Shown here piece by piece: positions 31,241 to 36,554 of a stretch of 36,554 nt of DNA. The notes under the pieces are model-generated. The model was not told the origin of the DNA, did not search any database, and saw nothing but the letters and a program-made list of their open reading frames with translations. The DNA is from Patescibacteria group bacterium (GTDB taxonomy: Bacteria; Patescibacteriota; Minisyncoccia; Phycocordibacterales; UBA9973): the NCBI GenBank assembly GCA_038055775.1, contig JBBUHH010000064.1:1-36554 (forward strand), read 5' to 3'. The position numbers and the translations under genes are program-made. How positions within the stretch are numbered: the stretch's first letter is position 1; each line of letters opens with the position of its first letter.

Positions 31241-31918
31241 TTATATTTTAAATAATTCTTCAAAAGCGTGTACGCCTTTTTTGTTTTTAATAAATTCTGC
31301 CGCGACTAAAGCTCCTTTAGCAAACCCGACTCGGCTATACGCCTGATGCGAAAGGGTTATGCCATCGGCGGTACTGTCAAAAACCACTTCATGAAACCCG
31401 GGATTCCTGCCAGCGCGGATGGAAGTAAAGTTTAGCCCCTTCACTTTTCCGGCAATCTTCAAAGCCGTACCGGAAGGACTGTCTAACTTGGCTTTATGGT
31501 GAACTTCCAATCCGTAAACATCATAATCTGAAAACTTCGCGAAAAGTTTCGCGGAAAAATCCATAATTTTGAAAAAAATATTAACCCCGACAGAAAAATT
31601 CGGACTGTATATCAAACCAGTTTGATATTTTTCAACTATTTTTTTTGCTTTTTCTAAATCATCGTGCCAACCAGTCGTGCCGACGACTAAATTTTTGCCG
31701 AGCTTGGCAACTTCTTCGATATTTTTTAGGACCGCATCTTTGGATGTAAAATCCACGGCAATATCCGCTTTGGTAATTCCTTTCAAATCCAGTCCGTCTT
31801 CCCTGTTTTTATAACTTATTGAAACAACTTCAAAAACCTCCGAGTCCTTGCACAAAAAATCGATTTCTTTTCCCATTTTTCCATATCCTATTAAAGCAAT
31901 TTTTGTTTTTTTTGCCAT
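31241..31918 (-). CDS. dapB: 4-hydroxy-tetrahydrodipicolinate reductase (short form)
   Basis: N-terminal IALIGYGKMGKEI, then GTTGW, and EVHHKAKLDSPSGTA (the E-x-HH-x-K-x-D-x-PSGTA motif). Confidence 0.85.
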   Translation of the reverse strand: MAKKTKIALIGYGKMGKEIDFLCKDSEVFEVVSISYKNREDGLDLKGITKADIAVDFTSKDAVLKNIEEVAKLGKNLVVGTTGWHDDLEKAKKIVEKYQTGLIYSPNFSVGVNIFFKIMDFSAKLFAKFSDYDVYGLEVHHKAKLDSPSGTALKIAGKVKGLNFTSIRAGRNPGFHEVVFDSTADGITLSHQAYSRVGFAKGALVAAEFIKNKKGVHAFEELFKI

Positions 31919-31933
31919 ATAATTATTATACTT

Positions 31934-32740
31934 CTAAATCAAATTTTTGATTTCATCATGAATCAAGCCATTGCTCGCAATAATACCTGACGTTTTAACG
32001 CTTAAATTATCCCCAACAAAATCAGTAAACTTGCCTCCAGCTTCTTCTACTAAGAGTTTTCCGGCAAATTCCGGAAAAGTGTCTTCATTGAAAGAAATAG
32101 CCACATCGGCTCGGCCGCAGGCGACATAAGCATAATGTATACCGAGAGGTCCTAAAGTTCTTAGGGTACTGCCACTTTCCAGCATCGCCTCGATTATTTT
32201 CAGTGCTTTTTTTCTATATGGTCTCGGTGGAGTAAAATACGGACCAATCATAAAAAAAATGTTTTCTTTGCGATTGGAAACATGGATTTGTTTGCCGTTG
32301 AGAAATGCGCCCTTGCCTTTTTCTGCGGTAAATAATTCTTTGCTGGAAGGATCATAGACTAGCGCAAATTTTATTTCACCTTTATATAGATGGCTCAAAA
32401 CTATGCAGTAATGGGGCATGCCATGAATAAAATTAATTGTGCCGCTGATTGCGTCAATTACCCAAACATTATTGTCTGCAATAAAAATACGATGTAATTC
32501 CTCTGCGTAAAATGAATGTTTCCCGGGCAGAGTATTAATTATATTAATAAGCGCTGCCTCTATCTCGATTTCTTTTTCAGTCAGCCATTGTTTACTTTTT
32601 CCTATATCAACGACGCTCCCGGAAATTGCTGGAAGCGAGTCGCCAAGTTCTATTATTTTGTTGATTATTTTTTGATACATAAACTCCGCCAATCGAAACA
32701 TGATAACAGCTTTAGTTGGATAAGTTAAATTTTCTAACAT
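31934..32740 (-). CDS. inositol monophosphatase / FBPase-family phosphatase
   Basis: Motifs WVIDAISGTINFIHGMP (W-x-IDPIDGT-x-NF) and an EE metal site. An internal Met is a possible alternative start. Confidence 0.75.
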   Translation of the reverse strand: MLENLTYPTKAVIMFRLAEFMYQKIINKIIELGDSLPAISGSVVDIGKSKQWLTEKEIEIEAALINIINTLPGKHSFYAEELHRIFIADNNVWVIDAISGTINFIHGMPHYCIVLSHLYKGEIKFALVYDPSSKELFTAEKGKGAFLNGKQIHVSNRKENIFFMIGPYFTPPRPYRKKALKIIEAMLESGSTLRTLGPLGIHYAYVACGRADVAISFNEDTFPEFAGKLLVEEAGGKFTDFVGDNLSVKTSGIIASNGLIHDEIKNLI

Positions 32741-32797
32741 TTATATTGAATTTGAGACTTTTTGTAAAATCTGTTAGAATTCCCAAATAACACTAAC

Positions 32798-33454
32798 ATG
32801 ATCAAAATACAACCCATTGTGCGAGAAATAGTCATGGGAGAAATGGAAGCGTACTTTGCGCTCGGGAACGGCTATATGAATATGAGCAGTTACGCGTACC
32901 GGATCCTTCCCCTCGTGGAAGCGCGAGCAAAAAAAACGGTAACTATTACCAGCATCGTTGTGTCTCTCTCCCGCCTGCGAAAGGAATTCAAAAAAGAAAA
33001 ACCCATGATAGAGGAGGTGGCTATAAAAAATATCACCACCAAGCTTCCTCTCACGGAGATTATTTACGAAAATACAAAAAAATTCATCCGCGAATTGGAA
33101 TCGCTCCATAAAAATATCTCCGTGTCGCAGGACGATTTTTTCACCACCACCATCGGCACAACGGAAATTGACGTCATCTGCTCATCTAACCTCTCTGCCA
33201 AAGTGCTGAAGCATTTCAAAATGAAGCCGAAAACCGTAAACCGAGATCTCGCCGCCATCGCCATCTCTTTCGACCCGAAAGTTTTCAGCGTCCCGAATAC
33301 TTTTTTCTCTCTCCTCTCCATCACCGCCCGCGCCCGCATCAACATTGAAGAACTAGTCTCCACCCCGACCGAACTCATCTTCATCGTAGCTGAAAAAGAT
33401 TTCGGTCACACGGTCGCTTTGTTTTCGGAATTGCACCGAAAAGTAAATACTTAG
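32798..33454 (+). CDS. stand-alone ACT-domain protein, paralogue 1 (candidate aspartokinase regulatory subunit)
   Basis: 218 aa. The C-terminal segment AAIAISFDPKVFSVPNTFFSLLSITARARINIEELVSTPTELIFIVAEKDFGHTVALFSELH follows the aspartokinase ACT pattern (PG...F..L....INI..I..S..E.S..V...D...AV..LH). Roughly 70% identical to 35355-36011. Confidence 0.55.
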   Translation: MIKIQPIVREIVMGEMEAYFALGNGYMNMSSYAYRILPLVEARAKKTVTITSIVVSLSRLRKEFKKEKPMIEEVAIKNITTKLPLTEIIYENTKKFIRELESLHKNISVSQDDFFTTTIGTTEIDVICSSNLSAKVLKHFKMKPKTVNRDLAAIAISFDPKVFSVPNTFFSLLSITARARINIEELVSTPTELIFIVAEKDFGHTVALFSELHRKVNT

Positions 33455-33465
33455 TACTCCCCATC

Positions 33466-33500
33466 AATTTAGCATTAGTACGCGACCGCTTATTAATGAT
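33466..33500. repeat. TTTAGCATTAG... structured repeat, copy C (left half only)
   Basis: AATTTAGCATTAGTACGCGACCGCTTATTAATGAT. The right arm is replaced by the promoter of the next gene. Confidence 0.65.
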
Positions 33501-33511
33501 ATAATAAACTA

Positions 33512-34075
33512 ATGGGACACAATGATTCAAGAATGGGAAATATGAAAAAGAAAGTCCTCTTGCTGTTGTATGCTGGGTTGGCTCTTGGTTTAACCAGATC
33601 CCCTAAACAACACCGATGGATTTTGGAACAAATACCGAAAGAATGGGAAAAGTTAAATCGCCAAGCCCTAGAAAGAGCTATTAACTCTTTATACACTTCT
33701 CACCTAGTTCAAGAAAAGAATAATAAAGATGGCACAACTACGCTAATTTTGAGCGAAAATGGAAAACAAAGAGCATTACGATTCAATATTGACAAATTAG
33801 AAATTAAAAAGCCACCAAAGTGGGACGGAAAGTGGAGAATAGTTATGTTTGATATTCCTGAAAAATTAAAGAGATTGCGTGATTCTTTGCGTTTGCATTT
33901 TCAAGAGATTGGTTTAATTGAACTTCAAAAATCGGTCTTGGTTTATCCACATCCCTGCGGTAATGAAATTGAGTTCATTCTGGAACTTTACAACGCGAGG
34001 AAACATGTGCGGTTTGTTTTGGCTGAAAGGATAGACAACGAATTAGACCTAAAAAGAAAATTTGGTTTACTTTAG
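33512..34075 (+). CDS. PaaX-like regulator (N-terminal winged helix, C-terminal Cas2/VapD-like ferredoxin fold)
   Basis: The C-terminal KWDGKWRIVMFDIPEKLKRLRDSLRLHFQEIGLIELQKSVLVYP matches the W-x-G-x-W...F-x-IPE...R...LR..L...G...LQ-x-SVW-x-xP pattern of PaaX C-domains. Extended -10 TGaTATAAT (33497-33505) lies 6 nt before the ATG. Confidence 0.6.
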   Translation: MGHNDSRMGNMKKKVLLLLYAGLALGLTRSPKQHRWILEQIPKEWEKLNRQALERAINSLYTSHLVQEKNNKDGTTTLILSENGKQRALRFNIDKLEIKKPPKWDGKWRIVMFDIPEKLKRLRDSLRLHFQEIGLIELQKSVLVYPHPCGNEIEFILELYNARKHVRFVLAERIDNELDLKRKFGLL

Positions 34076-34082
34076 TTAGCTT

Positions 34083-34120
34083 GTTTAGCATTAGTGAGCG
34101 ACCGCTTGTTATTGCTAAAA
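34083..34120. repeat. TTTAGCATTAG...TTATTGCTA structured repeat, copy D
   Basis: GTTTAGCATTAGTGAGCGACCGCTTGTTATTGCTAAAA, stem TTTAGCA/TGCTAAA. Lies between the convergent ends of the PaaX-like gene and lysA. Confidence 0.7.
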
Positions 34121-34140
34121 TAGGTTCTGCGTATGCATAG

Positions 34141-35307
34141 CTAGACTAAAATTTCCCTTGGTAGAGACCGGTTGTTGTAATGCGAAGCCATGGCATAGCC
34201 GTACGCGCCGACATTTTTAATGGCTAAAATGTCCCCTATTTTAGGCTTAACAATAATTCTTGATCTTCCGAAAACATCTCCAGCCTCGCATATATTGCCG
34301 ACTATATCTGCTTTTATTTTTTCTCCCTTCACCCGGCTCGCGTTTAGAATTTCATGATAAGAGCCGTAAAGTATGGGACGGATTAGATGATTAAAACCTG
34401 TATCTATTCCGACAAAATTCCTCTTTGGGTTATTTTTTATTTCCGTGACAGTTGCGAGCAATATTCCTGATTCGGCAACCAAAAATCTTCCAGGTTCTAA
34501 TATCATCGTTAGCTCTCTGCCATATTTTTTGCAAAAATTACTCATTTTCTTTGTTATCTCTGCCCCAAAAATTTTAAAGTCAAAACTTTTTTCTTCGGGC
34601 AAATACGGCACGCCGAAACCGCCGCCGAAATCAAGCGATTCCAAGTCGGGGAACTCCCCTGCCGTCTCGAGCAGCTTTTCAAAAGCTTTGAGTAAAATTT
34701 TTTTATCCAGAACATTTGAGCCGATGTGCTGATGCAAACTTATAATTTGTAATTTATATTTTTCTGCCAATCTTTTCGCCTGCGGTAAATGTTCTAATGG
34801 AATACCAAATTTGCTCATCACTCCGCCAGTAATGACATGATTGTGGTGCCCGGCGCCAATCCCCTGATTTATCCGCAGTCCCACCTTGGCGCCAGGATTT
34901 AATTTTCCGTAGAGTTCAATCTGCGACAGCGAGTCTAAATTAATTTGGATTTTATTTTTTACAACAAAAACTATTTCTGCTTTGCTCACGGATGTGGAAG
35001 TGTAAAGAATATCTTTGGTCCTAAATCCAGATTTCAAAGCCAAAAGTATTTCTCCCCCGCTTACTGTCTCAACCTTTGCGCCAAGGCGGCGTAAAAGTTT
35101 CAAAATTTCGATATTGCTGTTTGCCTTCATCGCATAGTGTATGCGTAATTTCGGGTAGAAAATATTCTCTACCAAATCTAAATATCTTTCCCGAATTGTT
35201 TTAAAATTGTAGACATATATAGGGGTTCCGAACTTTCTAACCAAATTCTTTACTCGCATATAAAACAGACTGACATTTCTTTTGTCAAAAGTAAAACTTT
35301 TCAACAT
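34141..35307 (-). CDS. lysA: diaminopimelate decarboxylase
   Basis: TIM-barrel PLP enzyme: GTPIYVYN, YAMKAN (PLP Lys), HQHIGS, GGGFGVPY, EPGRFLVA, and CEAGD near the C-terminus. Confidence 0.9.
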   Translation of the reverse strand: MLKSFTFDKRNVSLFYMRVKNLVRKFGTPIYVYNFKTIRERYLDLVENIFYPKLRIHYAMKANSNIEILKLLRRLGAKVETVSGGEILLALKSGFRTKDILYTSTSVSKAEIVFVVKNKIQINLDSLSQIELYGKLNPGAKVGLRINQGIGAGHHNHVITGGVMSKFGIPLEHLPQAKRLAEKYKLQIISLHQHIGSNVLDKKILLKAFEKLLETAGEFPDLESLDFGGGFGVPYLPEEKSFDFKIFGAEITKKMSNFCKKYGRELTMILEPGRFLVAESGILLATVTEIKNNPKRNFVGIDTGFNHLIRPILYGSYHEILNASRVKGEKIKADIVGNICEAGDVFGRSRIIVKPKIGDILAIKNVGAYGYAMASHYNNRSLPREILV

Positions 35308-35354
35308 TTATCCAACAATTTGCACAATTTGTCATATTTGATAGAGTGGTAAAT

Positions 35355-36011
35355 ATGATAAAAATACAACCGATAGTGCGAGACATAATCATGGGAGAAA
35401 TGGAAGCGTACTTTGCGCTCGGAAATGGCTACATGAATATGAGCAGTTATGCCTACCAGATAAAGCCCAAAGTGGAAATTATGACCAAGAAACAAGTAAC
35501 CATTAATAGCCTTGTTGTTTCCCTCTCCCGCCTGCGAAAAGAATTTATAAAAGAGCGCCCGCTTATCCAAGATATCCCGATAACAAATATCACAACCAAA
35601 CTCCCCCTGACAGAGATAGTCTATGAGAATACTGATAATTCAATCGCCAGATTGGAATCATTCCATAAAAAAATATCCGTCACCCGGGAAGATTTTTTTA
35701 CGACAACGGTTAGCACCACCGAGCTAAATGTGATTTGCTCCTCCAACATCGCGAAAAAAGTCCTGAAACACTTCGGGATGAAACCGAAATTTGCCACGGA
35801 TAATTTGGCGGCGGTCGGAATATCTTTCAATCCAGCGCAGTTTGATATCCCGAACACATTTTTCTCGCTCATATCCGTCCTCGCCCGCACGCGCATCAAC
35901 ATCGCGGAAATAGTTTCCACTTATACCGAACTCATATTTATTGTCGCTGAAAAAGATTTCGGGAGAACTGTTGCGCTGTTTTCGGAGTTGCATCGGAAAG
36001 TAAATTCTTAA
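35355..36011 (+). CDS. stand-alone ACT-domain protein, paralogue 2
   Basis: Collinear with 32798-33454 from MIKIQPIVR to ELHRKVN. The ORF-track GTG at 35346 lies inside the -10 region. ATG 35355 matches the paralogue's start and sits 7 nt after TAGAGT (TTGCAC, 16 nt, TAGAGT at 35320-35347). Confidence 0.55.
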   Translation: MIKIQPIVRDIIMGEMEAYFALGNGYMNMSSYAYQIKPKVEIMTKKQVTINSLVVSLSRLRKEFIKERPLIQDIPITNITTKLPLTEIVYENTDNSIARLESFHKKISVTREDFFTTTVSTTELNVICSSNIAKKVLKHFGMKPKFATDNLAAVGISFNPAQFDIPNTFFSLISVLARTRINIAEIVSTYTELIFIVAEKDFGRTVALFSELHRKVNS

Positions 36012-36017
36012 AGTTTT

Positions 36018-36263
36018 TTACTTTGGATGGCTCTTTACATCAAGTAAAATATAAGCATCGCTGTCAATTGAAAAATAGAATCTGAAACTTTTGTCGACTC
36101 TCGTTTGCCAAATATCCTGAAACTCATCGAATTTCTTCGCATGCAAAGATGGGTGGCGAATATCTAAGGATAAATACTTTATTTGTTTTTTAAGTTTCTT
36201 TTTAGTTATATCAGATAAATTCAAGAGAGCTTCCTTGAAATTTTCATGATAGAGAATCTTCAT
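36018..36263 (-). CDS. RelE/ParE-superfamily type II toxin
   Basis: 81 aa. The pattern HPSLHAKKFDEFQDIWQTRVDKSFRFYFSI...ILLDVKSH matches the h-P-s-L..kKl.....w..Rv....R..f signature of RelE/YafQ-like toxins. Its start is 1 nt from the upstream small-gene stop. Confidence 0.6.
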   Translation of the reverse strand: MKILYHENFKEALLNLSDITKKKLKKQIKYLSLDIRHPSLHAKKFDEFQDIWQTRVDKSFRFYFSIDSDAYILLDVKSHPK

Positions 36264-36264
36264 C

Positions 36265-36474
36265 TTATATTCCTAGAGATTTAAACAAGTCGCCGGTGGA
36301 GAGAAATGGTCCCATAATATTTTTGCCGGCCTTGGCTTCAAAGGCAAGTTGACTTAAAGTTTTTGTGGTAAATTTATTCTTCTGAGAAAGAGACAAAAGA
36401 CGCCCAAGTTCTTTTCGGGAAATAATTATCAAATCATCTTTGATTAAATTTTTCGGGATGGTTATTGTAGTCAT
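36265..36474 (-). CDS. putative antitoxin partner of the RelE-like toxin
   Basis: 69-aa ORF immediately upstream of the toxin, in antitoxin-first order. Assigned by position only. Confidence 0.45.
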   Translation of the reverse strand: MTTITIPKNLIKDDLIIISRKELGRLLSLSQKNKFTTKTLSQLAFEAKAGKNIMGPFLSTGDLFKSLGI

Positions 36475-36554
36475 GTGAATGGATTATACCACACAAAATA
36501 AAAAAGCATTAATCTCTAAACAATCCTTTCAGGGCTGGGCCCCGAGAGTAACAA

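Noticed and set aside
32741-32797. Search for a lysine (L-box) riboswitch or T-box upstream of the DAP/lysine genes
   Set aside because: The intergenic spaces are too short: 57 nt before the operon, and under 50 nt before lysA and the ACT genes. None shows the multi-helix L-box architecture.
32774-33109. Antisense ORFs 32774-33109 and 35301-35570, which are similar to each other and could look like a conserved overlapping gene
   Set aside because: Their similarity is a by-product of lying opposite the conserved 5' ends of the two ACT paralogues. Their composition (His/Phe/Arg-rich) is typical of antisense translation, and there is no independent start signal.
33466-34120. The 40-bp TTTAGCATTAG repeats considered as integron attC sites flanking a gene cassette
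   Set aside because: No intI integrase or attI site is in the window. The repeats are shorter than typical attC sites and do not show the RYYYAAC/GTTRRRY core pairs. The cassette gene also carries its own promoter. It is kept only as a generic repeat-flanked insertion.
36475-36554. Possible RNA gene or repeat at the right edge (…CAGGGCTGGGCCCCGAGAG…)
   Set aside because: Only a short GC-rich patch is visible before the window ends. No cloverleaf or family motif could be completed.

Overview
AT-rich bacterial chromosomal fragment read with the standard genetic code (TGA is used as a stop, for example at 4583-4585). There are no rRNA genes, no CRISPR array and no transposase or integrase. Short core proteins, a UvrC without the HhH tail, a catalytic-only aspartokinase, an FN3 surface protein, a lone type IV pilus ATPase and many toxin-antitoxin (TA) pairs resemble small-genome Patescibacteria/CPR-like bacteria, but that assignment is inference only. 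Layout, left to right: partial tRNA-Ser, two membrane proteins and tRNA-Arg. Next come an FN3 surface protein with a MacA/MacB-type efflux operon, a pseudouridine synthase, and a small AT-rich islet holding a membrane protein and brnT/brnA. These are followed by an ABC-F ATPase, a cold-shock protein, a thioredoxin-like protein and rpsT. A dense DNA-repair block follows: ruvA, mutM, a SpoU methyltransferase, udg, uvrC and uvrA, then higBA and an orphan gene, then uvrB, tRNA-Lys, a holA-like gene, an ICMT-like gene and polA. After pilB comes a complete DapL-type diaminopimelate/lysine pathway (dapF, asd, lysC, dapL, dapA, dapB ... lysA). Two paralogous ACT-domain genes, a PaaX/Cas2-fold regulator and a RelE-type TA pair are interleaved with or follow it. 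Main observations: (1) A GC-rich nested-palindrome repeat family has six copies, four of them in frame inside uvrA, uvrB (twice) and uvrC, in a manner similar to Rickettsia palindromic elements. (2) uvrB is one reading frame broken by a single in-frame TAA just before helicase motif VI. (3) The brnTA cassette is bracketed by diverged direct repeats of the ABC-F gene 3' end. (4) A second, roughly 40-bp structured repeat family sits at core/accessory gene borders, and one single-gene cassette is flanked by a partial and a full copy. (5) The aspartokinase lacks ACT domains while two stand-alone ACT paralogues lie nearby. (6) A -10 hexamer recurs 6-7 nt upstream of ATG codons, suggesting leaderless mRNAs. 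All functional calls come from motif recognition by eye; no database search was run.
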